A DNA stretch of 64,000 nt, from the NCBI GenBank assembly GCA_017610205.1, contig JAFCCL010000007.1:1-64000 (forward strand), read 5' to 3'. The notes under the pieces were generated by a model. The model saw only the letters and a program-made list of their open reading frames with translations. It had not been told where the DNA came from and ran no database searches. Each line of letters starts with the position of its first letter. The stretch's first letter is position 1. This stretch comes from Candidatus Iainarchaeum sp. GTDB taxonomy: Archaea; Iainarchaeota; Iainarchaeia; Iainarchaeales; GCA-2688035. Both the position numbers and the translations under genes were made by a program. This document shows, one piece after another, positions 38,235 to 47,265 of the stretch.

Positions 38235-39335
38235 ATGCAAATGATTCCAAAAAACCTGAAGGATTTGGTTACATTTGTTCCAAACAAGGGCGAGCCAATT
38301 CACAACTGGTTTTACTATAAAGAAGGTTACAGCGGCGGGTTTGTGGAATGGGCTGTGAAAGAATTTGAACTGAAGGAACCAATAGTTGACCCCTTCTGCG
38401 GTGTTGGAACAACACTTTTAGTATGCAAAAAACTTGGACTGGAAAGCATTGGCTTTGATGTAAGCCCTCTGGCAGCATTTGTTTCAGAGGCAAAAACAAG
38501 GGATTATGATACTAAAAAAGTAATGGCGGAACTGCAAAAGTTTAAGGAAATGGAGCCAAAGCAGGCTGGAAAATTTCCAAATAAAAATGTAAGAAGGCTT
38601 TTTTACGAAAAGCAGCTTGACGACATTTACTTTTATTACAGGAAAATTGACAAAATACAGGACGCGCGTGTGAGGGTATTGTTCCTGCTTGCATTGATTG
38701 ACACCACGTCAAGGGTTGCAAATGTTGTCAAAGTAGGAGGCTCTTTAAGGAAGCAGAAGAAGCCAAAGATGCCTGTGAAAAAACTTTTTTTGGGAAAGGT
38801 AAAAAAGATGGTTTTGGATTTAAAAAGAGTGCAGGCAAAAGGGCCTGAGCCAGAGGTGTTTCAGGCAGATGCAAGGAATGTAAAGCTTGAGGAAAACAGT
38901 GTCGGAGCTGTTGTCACAAGCCCTCCTTATCTGAACAAAATTGAATACACTTTAATTTACAAGATTGAATTAGGGCTGTTTTTCAGGGAGCAGGAAACAA
39001 GGCTTAGGGCACACATTCAGGACAGTGCAACAGGAAGGGATTTTGGAAGCAGGATGCCTTTGGTGGCAAAAGCCTACTTTGATGACATGAAAAAGGTTTT
39101 GGAAAACATGTTTAAGTTTCTGAAACCCGGCGGCAAGGCAGTCATTGTTGTTGGAGGAGGGTGCTTTCCATATGAGGTTGTTGAATCAGATGACATTTTG
39201 ATTGAGGAAGCTGAAAAAATCGGCTTTAAAAAGCTTGACAAGATTGTGGCAAGGAAATACCAGTGCATGCGAAACAGGACAATAAAGGTGGGAATAGTGA
39301 GGGAAAGCGTTCTTGTACTGGAAAAGCCTGCTTAG
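38235..39335 (+). CDS. Amino-DNA methyltransferase (probably m4C), orphan
   Basis: HNWFYYKEGYS; motif I DPFCGVGTT precedes motif IV TSPPY. Confidence 0.85.
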   Translation: MQMIPKNLKDLVTFVPNKGEPIHNWFYYKEGYSGGFVEWAVKEFELKEPIVDPFCGVGTTLLVCKKLGLESIGFDVSPLAAFVSEAKTRDYDTKKVMAELQKFKEMEPKQAGKFPNKNVRRLFYEKQLDDIYFYYRKIDKIQDARVRVLFLLALIDTTSRVANVVKVGGSLRKQKKPKMPVKKLFLGKVKKMVLDLKRVQAKGPEPEVFQADARNVKLEENSVGAVVTSPPYLNKIEYTLIYKIELGLFFREQETRLRAHIQDSATGRDFGSRMPLVAKAYFDDMKKVLENMFKFLKPGGKAVIVVGGGCFPYEVVESDDILIEEAEKIGFKKLDKIVARKYQCMRNRTIKVGIVRESVLVLEKPA

Positions 39336-39750
39336 GCCCCAAACTTGTCGAAAGCGTGTTTTGCAAGTTTTAAATAATTTGTTTTTGGCGTACTGCCGCC
39401 TATTTTTCCAAACATTATAATCTCTGGTTTTATCTTGAAATCTTTAACAAGTAATTTCGCCTTTGAAGCAATTGCAGGAGTGAAGGCTACAATAATGTCA
39501 GCGGTAAGAAGTTTTGATATAAAGCTTATTGAGTTTGATTTGCTTCCAGAAGAGGAGACATGAAATCGGTGACTGATATTTTTTGAACGAACATACTCTA
39601 AAAATGCTTGAGCATTCCTTGGACTTCTTAATGCACTAACTTCACAAACAAAAAGAATGTTAATTATTTTAGGTCTCTTTCGAGTAGTATGCTTTTTGGT
39701 CTTTTTTTAGCAGTTTTTTTCTTGTTAACTTTGTTTGAAATGAAAATCAT
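39332..39750 (-). pseudogene. Frameshifted LMW-PTP/ArsC-like (CX5R) protein
   Basis: ATG 39750 frame stops after 28 aa; the -1 frame after an A7 run reads ..INILFVCEVSALRS..ADIIVAF.. to TAA 39332. Confidence 0.6.
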
Positions 39751-39880
39751 GTATAAAATAGATTTCTTTGAAAAATAAAAAAACTTACCTTTGTTTGGAA
39801 GAAATGCACTACTGAAAGCTTTAAAAGCAGGAAAGTCATATTATTATCAAATTCTTTAACAGTTTGGGAGGTTGAAAATT

Positions 39881-40039
39881 ATGCCAGCGAAAAAACCATT
39901 TGGCGGATATGCAATTTGCTTCAAAGGATGTACAGAAACAGCGGAAGACATTTTTGGAAGCGGAAAAATTCCACCAAGCGAAATGACCAAAAAGATTTGG
40001 GCTTACGTTAAAAAGAAAGGCATTGCCGGAAAAGATTAA
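39881..40039 (+). CDS. 52-aa SWIB/MDM2-like mini-protein
   Basis: Read manually: MPAKKPFGGYAICFKGCTETAEDIFGSGKIPPSEMTKKIWAYVKKKGIAGKD; SD gggagg and a downstream T-tract. Confidence 0.7.
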   Translation: MPAKKPFGGYAICFKGCTETAEDIFGSGKIPPSEMTKKIWAYVKKKGIAGKD

Positions 40040-40159
40040 GGCAATGCATTTTTTCCTTTTTTAAAATACTCAAAAAACAACGACTTAGGAAAATAATTTC
40101 CTTTAAAAAAACAACTGATACCAATTATTTCAGACATTTCTTTGCTTTGTTTTATAAAG

Positions 40160-40206
40160 GCAAACAAAGTAAGACGTGCTATACTGAGCAAAGCGAAGTA
40201 TAGCAC
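40160..40206. repeat. Miniature hairpin element, copy A
   Basis: gcaaacaaagtaag, then a perfect 10-bp inverted repeat gtgctatact/agtatagcac around the loop gagcaaagcga. Confidence 0.6.
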
Positions 40207-40229
40207 AACGATACCATATGTTAATTGGT

Positions 40230-40301
40230 GCCCTGGTAGTCTATCGGTTAGGATACGGCCCTGTCGAGGCTGTGAGGCGGGTTCAACTCCCGCCCAGGGC
40301 G
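40230..40301 (+). tRNA. tRNA-Asp(GTC), no intron, CCA not encoded
   Basis: Acceptor gccctgg/ccagggc, anticodon arm cggcc-ctGTCga-ggctg, T-arm gcggg-ttcaact-cccgc. Confidence 0.95.
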
Positions 40302-40505
40302 CTAACCCAGGGGCATTACGCCCCTTTTTTTCTTTTTACCGCAAAAACGCTTTTAGCCAAAGCTTTACTATAATATAATAGTATAACGTAACGAATAAAT
40401 GAGTAACTAAAAGGAAAGGCTTTAAATGAAAAAAGTATAAGGATTTCTATATCATTTTTAGTAACGAAACAATTAAGTAAAAGTTAGCCTTATTAATAAA
40501 TAATC

Positions 40506-40907
40506 ATGTTTTTTTGGAAAAAGTATTCTAAGCCAGTTTTCATAGCCTTGTTTTTGCTACTTAGCTTTTTGGTCCTGTTTTTGGATGTTAAAGCAATTCC
40601 ATTTTTTGGCTTAACCTTTGAAGAGGAAATCCTCTTCCCTGCTTTCGGAGTACTGCTTTTGGGCTTTGGATTGCTGGTCTTGAACAAAAAGCTTTCAGGC
40701 AAGTCAAACCTGATTGAAGAACTGCGAGAAATGACTATTGCTTCAAAATTCTTTGGCTTGCTTTCGCTTCTCTCGCTTGTAATCATAATCATTCTGATAA
40801 TTTTCCAAGGCTTTTCCCTGTTCAGTTTTACACCCGCCATAATTACTGAGGAAAGAATTGTTGCTATCGTAATGCTTGTGTCTGCCGTGATTTTCATTCT
40901 TGTTTAG
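40506..40907 (+). CDS. Hypothetical 4-TM membrane protein
   Basis: 133 aa with four hydrophobic segments. Confidence 0.6.
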   Translation: MFFWKKYSKPVFIALFLLLSFLVLFLDVKAIPFFGLTFEEEILFPAFGVLLLGFGLLVLNKKLSGKSNLIEELREMTIASKFFGLLSLLSLVIIIILIIFQGFSLFSFTPAIITEERIVAIVMLVSAVIFILV

Positions 40908-41017
40908 TGTAGAAAAACTGAGGGCATTTTAATCTGTTTAGTGTTCTGCGTTTATTTTTTTGAGGTAACCAAAAGCGAAAATAAAGTATTAAATAACACA
41001 TCTGTGTTTATACAAGT

Positions 41018-42178
41018 ATGGAAGAAGTTTTTTTGTTTCTAGCCTTTGCCTTTTCACTTACTTTTGCAATTGGGCTATTGTTGGAAAAAATAAGGGTTCC
41101 TTGGATTTTTGCAGCCTTGTTAATAGGTGCTTCACTCACTTTTTATAACCCCTTTTATTCTGTTACGTCTTCTCAAACATTTAGTCTCTTAGCACAACTA
41201 GGAATGTATTTTTTGCTTTTTGTGATAGGTTTTGAGATAGACCTAACTAAGATGAAAAAAGCAGGCCGGTTTATTTTAAAAAGCACCTTCTTTATCATTT
41301 TCTTAGAAGCTCTTTTTGGAACAGCTCTTATCCATCTTGTTTTTGGATACGACTTATTCATTTCATTTATTGTAGCATTATCTTTTGCAACAGTTGGCGA
41401 AGCAATATTAATTCCTATTCTGGATGAGTTCAAAATAATAAACACAAAATTAGGGCAAAGCATTATTGGAATAGGCCTCTTAGATGACATACTAGAAATC
41501 CTCATTTTAATAGTCGTAATATTTGTAGTAGGCACTACCACTCACACACCTACAGGCATAAGTATGACAATAGCAGCACTCTTTCTTTTATTTGGCCTGA
41601 CCTTTGCATTAACAAAACTGGAAAAAGCAAGCAAAAAGTTTAACTTCTTAAACGTCGAAATTTTATTTCTTTTTATCCTTTTTGTTTTCTTTTTGTTTTT
41701 AGGAATAGGAGGATACGCACATGCCATTCCAATTGCTGCTTTTCTTGCAGGAATTGCCCTAAAAACATTTATTCCGGAAAAAAGGCTGAAAAAAGTAGAA
41801 TCAGAAGTTAAAACAATGTGCTATGGTTTTTTTGCTCCAATATTCTTCTTAGGGGTTGGCTTGTCAATGGACATCAAATATATTATTGCTTTCCCACTGC
41901 TCATACTTTTGATTGTAATTGTTTCCAATGGAGCAAAGCTCCTCGGTAGCTATATTGTTGCAAGAAAAGAACTTGGGTCAAAACAATCCATTCTGCTTGG
42001 AATAGGCTTATCGGTAAGGTTCAGTACAAGCATCGTTATCGTAAAAATTCTGTTTGAAAACAACATAATAGGAAGCAAATTATTCTCCATTATAATAGCC
42101 TCAAGCATAGTGTTTACATTCCTCGTCCCACTCTTATTCTCCAATTTGCTCGTAAGATGGAAAGTCGCCCACACCTAA
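41018..42178 (+). CDS. Cation:proton antiporter (CPA2/Kef-like)
   Basis: LG..FLLFVIGFE, LLDD, AFLAG, FFAPIFF..G; about 13 TM helices. Confidence 0.88.
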   Translation: MEEVFLFLAFAFSLTFAIGLLLEKIRVPWIFAALLIGASLTFYNPFYSVTSSQTFSLLAQLGMYFLLFVIGFEIDLTKMKKAGRFILKSTFFIIFLEALFGTALIHLVFGYDLFISFIVALSFATVGEAILIPILDEFKIINTKLGQSIIGIGLLDDILEILILIVVIFVVGTTTHTPTGISMTIAALFLLFGLTFALTKLEKASKKFNFLNVEILFLFILFVFFLFLGIGGYAHAIPIAAFLAGIALKTFIPEKRLKKVESEVKTMCYGFFAPIFFLGVGLSMDIKYIIAFPLLILLIVIVSNGAKLLGSYIVARKELGSKQSILLGIGLSVRFSTSIVIVKILFENNIIGSKLFSIIIASSIVFTFLVPLLFSNLLVRWKVAHT

Positions 42179-42701
42179 ACCCAGGCAGCAAATCCATTCC
42201 ATGCCAAAATAAAAACAAGGCAAAGGCCTGTTTTAGCTTACTTAAAAAAAAAACGATGATTTAATTAACTTCTTGCACTACACTATTTCTACAGAAAATT
42301 CGCCAAATTAATTGGTTTGGGGCACTTGATTTTAAGGAATGCGTTCCGCCCAGGGCGCTAACCCAGAGGCATTACGCCCCCTTTTTTCTTTTTACCGCAA
42401 AATGCTTTTAGCCAAAGCTTTTACTGGAATATAATAATATAATGGTAAACATTTATGGGTAACTAATAGGAAAAGCTGTAAATGAAAAAAAGGTAAGTAT
42501 TTAGTTGGATCTATTTTCAAGGCTCAGAAATACGTTAAAACGGCCAAAATTGAAAAATAGCACTCAGTAACTAAATACGTACAAAAAAAAGCATAAGCAG
42601 TTCTACACCGCCGCACTGTTCAAAACAATAAAAAAAAGGCAAACCAAAAAATATAATAACTAAAAAAGCAATATTATAACCAGAAAAAAGAGGTTCAAAG
42701 A

Positions 42702-43676
42702 ATGTCATTAAAACTAAACCTTACAGTTCCAAACAAGGCAATCCACGCACTCATAGCAGTCATCATTGTTTCTGCCTTGGTTACAGGAGCTGTTGCTTAT
42801 GCTAACAGTGGGGATGTGCTAAATCTTGCTCCGCCAACAACAATTCCCAACCCAGGACACTCTTCCACACAGATAATGATTAACCTTGGGGTAGCAGTCG
42901 CAGGTGACCCATGCACAGGTGATATCACATTACAGCAGGCTTTGGAAGACGGGTGTTTTAAGATATCAGAACCCTCTATTCCTGCCTGTGCCGACAACGA
43001 AATTCTCAAATTCAATGCCACTAGTGGAGCGTGGGAATGCAACATGCCTGTCACAGTACCGTTTATTCCATCCTGTGCTGGTGATGAAATCCTCAAGTTT
43101 GATGCCACTGCTGGAGATTGGGTATGCAGCACAGATGAAAGCCTAGGGCTGGTTTCGTGTGCTAACGAAGACTATTTGAGATTTGATACCATTGCAGGGG
43201 ATTGGGTTTGCGACAGCGGAGGCAGCCCATGCATTGCAAACCCTGCCTGTGCTGCCACCACCTGTGTTGGTGACACTTGTACTGATTCATGTGGCAACGT
43301 GTATAATGGCCTTTCCAGCAGCGGGTCTTGCTGCGTTGACACCAGCTGGACACCTGCCACTTCAACTTTTTGTTCAGGTACAAACTTTACCCAGACAAGC
43401 AACTGTGGCAGGACTAGGGTTGCTGTTGGAACTAAATCATGTTGTACTACTTATACCGATTCCTTCAATTGTGCTTTTGGTAATTATGGAGAGGTCACTT
43501 GCCCACCTGGTTATTATGTGAACAGTTACAGTTGTGCTCAAACAAGTTATCATTATCCTCCAGCTGTTTGTAATATTTGGAGCTCGGATTGGTTTAACCG
43601 TAATGCGGGGTGTAGTTGTTTGATGAGTTCGGGAACTGGTACGTGTCGTGTTTCAGTAGAATGCTGCCAAAGCTAA
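42702..43676 (+). CDS. Cys-rich secreted/surface protein with three C..EILKF....W.C repeats
   Basis: N-terminal TM/signal, PNPGH motif, repeats at about 42978-43211, Cys/Thr-rich C-terminus. Confidence 0.8.
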   Translation: MSLKLNLTVPNKAIHALIAVIIVSALVTGAVAYANSGDVLNLAPPTTIPNPGHSSTQIMINLGVAVAGDPCTGDITLQQALEDGCFKISEPSIPACADNEILKFNATSGAWECNMPVTVPFIPSCAGDEILKFDATAGDWVCSTDESLGLVSCANEDYLRFDTIAGDWVCDSGGSPCIANPACAATTCVGDTCTDSCGNVYNGLSSSGSCCVDTSWTPATSTFCSGTNFTQTSNCGRTRVAVGTKSCCTTYTDSFNCAFGNYGEVTCPPGYYVNSYSCAQTSYHYPPAVCNIWSSDWFNRNAGCSCLMSSGTGTCRVSVECCQS

Positions 43677-43696
43677 GAGGAAAAAAAAACGAAAAA

Positions 43697-43960
43697 ATGG
43701 ATAAAAAGGGAAAAAATCCAGGCGCTATTACAAACCCAGAGTATGTTTTGAGCATAATTCAGGGCTACTTTGTAGGCGATGCTTCGCTTGAAGACAGATT
43801 GACAAAGCTTCAGTGGGTTTTCAGAGCTTGCAGAACAATGCTCTTTAGGAGACCCTATTAGAATATTAAAACGAATGGAGCCCTAACCTGTGAGGCAGAT
43901 GATGTTGGGAGTGCAGAAGACACTCCCACAAGCAGTATAATTAGACACTTGGGAGTGTGA
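43697..43960 (+). pseudogene. Degenerate surface-protein gene fragment
   Basis: ..ITNP..IQGYFVGDASLEDRLTKLQ.. then, in a shifted frame, IKTNGALTCEADD; interrupted by stops. Confidence 0.4.
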
Positions 43961-44165
43961 AATTTTGATGCAACAGGGTTAGGCTTTGGCTCCGTGAATA
44001 TTTAAACAAATGGAAAGGTGGTTTCCTGTAAACAAATTATTCTGTTAACCAAAGCACTAAAAATGGTTATGGTCTTAAATGAATGATTATTCCTTGAAAG
44101 AAAAGCGAAGGAAAATAACTTGAAGGCAAAAAAACAACAAAAAAAGGTTTTAAAGTACGGTTAAG

Positions 44166-44390
44166 GTGATTGTTTACACATCCCCAACATGCACTTACTG
44201 CTATGTTGTGAAAATCTTTTTAAAGAAAAACAAAATAGAGTTTGAAGAGATTGATATCTCAGAAGATAAGGAAAGCGGAAAACGCTTGGAGAAAAAAACA
44301 GGTGTTGAAACTGTTCCTGTAACCTTTGTCGGAGAAAAGTTTGTTATAGGATATAACAAGAAAAAACTAAAGGAACTTTTGGGGCTGTAA
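44166..44390 (+). CDS. Glutaredoxin/NrdH-like protein
   Basis: YTSPTCTYC, TVP, IGY; start uncertain. Confidence 0.85.
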   Translation: MIVYTSPTCTYCYVVKIFLKKNKIEFEEIDISEDKESGKRLEKKTGVETVPVTFVGEKFVIGYNKKKLKELLGL

Positions 44391-44393
44391 AAA

Positions 44394-45596
44394 ATGGAAG
44401 TTGTTTCTGCAGCAAAAAGATTTTTCAGCTCAAAATTTAACTTATACCTTGTAATTGCCCTTGTTTTGATTGGCACCGCACTTGTTGCCCATGGATATTT
44501 CGCTGAGCCTGTTGAAGAAGAGGGCTTGATATTGCATTACTTTTACTTGCCGACTTGCCCACACTGCAAGGAACAGGAGCCTATAGTAAGGGAGCTTGAG
44601 GCAGAGATGGCTGAAGTGAAGTTCTTTTACCACGATGCTTCAACACAAGATGGTGCTACCCTGTTCTACAAGATGGCTTCTGAGATAGGTTTGAATACTT
44701 CAAGACTTGGAACGCCAACTGTAATTCTGAACCATGGCTATCTTTTAGGTTTACATAGCAAGGAGGAGATAATTTCGGCAATCGAAGACTGCAGGATAAC
44801 GTGTGAGGCCGAAACGCAAAGAGAAATAGAGGTCAGGGAAGTAAGCACTTCTTTTACAGAATTTGAGCTTCCTTTTTTTGGCAGGGTAAACCTGATGTCA
44901 ATTTCACTGCCTGCCCTTGCAGCAATGCTTGGGTTGGTTGACGGCTTTAACCCGTGTGCAATGTGGGTGCTTGTTTACCTGATTGCCTTGCTGATAGATG
45001 TTGAAGACAAGAGAAAAATGTGGATTGTTGTCGGAACTTTTGTGCTTGCTTCAGGCCTTCTTTACTTCTTTTTTATGACTGCATGGCTCAATATATTCCT
45101 TTTAGTTGGATATGTAAGAATCCTGACAATAATAATCGGACTTATTGCCCTGGGAGGGGGAATCCTGAGCATGAAAGATTATATTACAACAAAGGGCGAC
45201 CTTGAATGCAAGGTCGAAACCGATGGGTCGCACAAGAAAACCATGCAAAGGATCCAGGACATTGTGAAACAGCCTTTGACAATTCCAATTATTCTGGCAA
45301 TTTTTGTCCTTGCATTTGTTGTAAATTCTGTTGAGTTTGTTTGCTCTGCAGCCATTCCGGCGGTTTTTACACAGATACTTGCATTAAGCAATATTTCAAT
45401 CTTTGAGCAATATGGTTACATTCTTCTTTATGTGTTTTTCTTTATGCTTGACGACCTGATAATATTCAGCCTGGCAGTATTTGCCATAAGCAGCAGTTTT
45501 GTCCAAAAGTATGCAAAGTACTGCAGGTTTATAGGAGGAATTATTCTTTTTATTCTTGGAATGTTGCTTCTCTTTGCCCCAGGACTTTTGGGCTAG
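44394..45596 (+). CDS. Thioredoxin-domain + CcdA-like membrane domain fusion
   Basis: CPHC after an N-terminal TM helix; DGFNPCAM and EFVCSAAIP membrane Cys pair. Confidence 0.85.
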   Translation: MEVVSAAKRFFSSKFNLYLVIALVLIGTALVAHGYFAEPVEEEGLILHYFYLPTCPHCKEQEPIVRELEAEMAEVKFFYHDASTQDGATLFYKMASEIGLNTSRLGTPTVILNHGYLLGLHSKEEIISAIEDCRITCEAETQREIEVREVSTSFTEFELPFFGRVNLMSISLPALAAMLGLVDGFNPCAMWVLVYLIALLIDVEDKRKMWIVVGTFVLASGLLYFFFMTAWLNIFLLVGYVRILTIIIGLIALGGGILSMKDYITTKGDLECKVETDGSHKKTMQRIQDIVKQPLTIPIILAIFVLAFVVNSVEFVCSAAIPAVFTQILALSNISIFEQYGYILLYVFFFMLDDLIIFSLAVFAISSSFVQKYAKYCRFIGGIILFILGMLLLFAPGLLG

Positions 45597-45612
45597 GACT
45601 TAAATTAAATGT

Positions 45613-46572
45613 CTAAAAAAAAGCGGTTTGTGGAGCAAGGAGTTCAAGAGACAAAATTAGGAAAATTGCATAAATGGCAAGCAGGAAAAATGCTGATTTT
45701 TTTGAGATGGCGCCTTTTTTTCTTAGCACAGCCCAGATAAAAATAGCTGCTGCAAAAGTAAGAAGAACTGGCGCAAGCAATGGAAGAGTATTTATTTTCG
45801 AAGGGCTTAGGATTGCCAGGGTTCCAAGAACGAGGGTTATGTTTGTAACAGCCGAGCCAAACAAGTCACCCATTGCAAGGGCATACTCCTTTTTCTTTAT
45901 TGCTCTAATTTCAACACTAAGTTCAGGCAAGGTTGTCCCAATTGCCACAGCAGTTGCGCCAAAAATGGTTTGGGGAATAAGAAGAATTGAAGTTATTTGA
46001 ATTGCGCTGTCAACCATGAACTTGCTTGATAACAGCAGCAGCAAAACACTTGCAGCAAAAGCTGCAACCAGCTTCTTTTTGTTATGTGAAACATTGTTTG
46101 AAAAGCCAGTTGGAACCTTTCCGCGCTTGTACAGCCTTATGATTAGGAAGGCAAACAGCACAATGCAGACCACGCCGTAGGAAAAATTTACTGAGCCGGA
46201 ACTGAAAATAAAAAGGCTTATGACAGTTGCAATCAAAAGCAATTCAATCAGGTTATCAACCTCATGTTTCTTAAGGTAGACCGCCCCGCCGAATATCAGG
46301 CACAGGGGAAGAACCAATGCCAGGTCAGCAAGATTTGCACCAAAAATGTCACCAATGGCAAGTGCTGGTGCATTTTCAAAAGCCGAAAAAATTGCAACCA
46401 TCAGCTCTGGCAACGAGGTTGAAACTGAAAGAACAATAAAGCCTATTGCCAGGGTTGAAATTCCAAATGCTTTGCTAAGCAGAAGTGCATGCTCAACAAC
46501 ATACTTGCTGCTTTTGAATAAGATAATGGCACTTGCGATGAAAACAAAAACTGGAAAAACAATGGATTGCAT
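45613..46572 (-). CDS. Ca2+/Na+ antiporter (CaCA/YrbG)
   Basis: Two alpha repeats: STSLPE..GDIFGAN and GTTLPE..GDLFGS. Confidence 0.92.
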   Translation of the reverse strand: MQSIVFPVFVFIASAIILFKSSKYVVEHALLLSKAFGISTLAIGFIVLSVSTSLPELMVAIFSAFENAPALAIGDIFGANLADLALVLPLCLIFGGAVYLKKHEVDNLIELLLIATVISLFIFSSGSVNFSYGVVCIVLFAFLIIRLYKRGKVPTGFSNNVSHNKKKLVAAFAASVLLLLLSSKFMVDSAIQITSILLIPQTIFGATAVAIGTTLPELSVEIRAIKKKEYALAMGDLFGSAVTNITLVLGTLAILSPSKINTLPLLAPVLLTFAAAIFIWAVLRKKGAISKKSAFFLLAIYAIFLILSLELLAPQTAFF

Positions 46573-46683
46573 AATGATAATAACTGCTTAACACAAATAA
46601 AAATAATTGCTTTTTTTGGTTTCATTCAGTTTTGTGCACTATTGCCTTTTTATTATTTCTTTTATATATTTTAATTGGTTCAG

Positions 46684-47265
46684 ATGGCTGAAGGCAAAGA
46701 ACTCAAAAATCTTGTTGAATTTTTTCACATTGCAGGAAAGCTAAAGCTGGAGAAAAGGCGCGGGTGGGTTATCAAAAAAGTCAAGGAGCCTGAAAGTGTA
46801 AGTGACCACAGTTTCAGGCTTGCATTAATGGCAATGGTTTTTGCTGAAAGGCAAAGGCTTGATATATGCAAGGCAATGAAGATGGCTTTGTTGCATGATT
46901 TGCCCGAAGCAATTTGCGGAGATGTTGCTGTTCGCATTGAGGAAGAAATGCAGGAAATACCAAACAAGGAAAAAGAGGAAATGGAACAAAAGGCGTTTGA
47001 GCATGAGCTAAAGCTTTTGCCAAAAGGTGTTGCAGAGGAATTCAAAAGTCTTTTTGAAGAGTTTAACAGAAGGGAAAGCAGGGAGGCAAAGCTTGTTTAT
47101 GAATTGGACAGGCTTGAGGCATTATTTCAAGCGGTTGAATATGAAAATGAAGGACATTTGGAAACAAGCCTGCAGGAATTTTTTGATTATGCAGAAAGCA
47201 GATTGAAAGATGTGGAACTGAAACAGGTTTTTGGTTTGCTTATGAAGGAAGGGAAAAAAGAATAG
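46684..47265 (+). CDS. HD-domain hydrolase (YfbR/HDDC2-like)
   Basis: RRGW, ESVSDHS, HDLPE..GD, DRLE. Confidence 0.9.
   Translation: MAEGKELKNLVEFFHIAGKLKLEKRRGWVIKKVKEPESVSDHSFRLALMAMVFAERQRLDICKAMKMALLHDLPEAICGDVAVRIEEEMQEIPNKEKEEMEQKAFEHELKLLPKGVAEEFKSLFEEFNRRESREAKLVYELDRLEALFQAVEYENEGHLETSLQEFFDYAESRLKDVELKQVFGLLMKEGKKE

Larger units (their letters stand above)
40290..42491. mobile_element. Genomic islet bounded by a ~145-bp imperfect direct repeat that begins in the tRNA-Asp 3' end
   Basis: ccgcccagggcgctaaccca..cattacgcccc..ttaccgcaaaa..ttttagccaaagcttt.. at 40290-40434 and 42346-42491; no integrase inside. Confidence 0.75.

Noticed and set aside
40142-40378. 78-aa ORF
   Set aside because: Overlaps tRNA-Asp and the hairpin element; spurious
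43440-44100. Complete diversity-generating retroelement
   Set aside because: No reverse transcriptase and no template/variable repeat pair seen in the window; only a remote-target possibility remains
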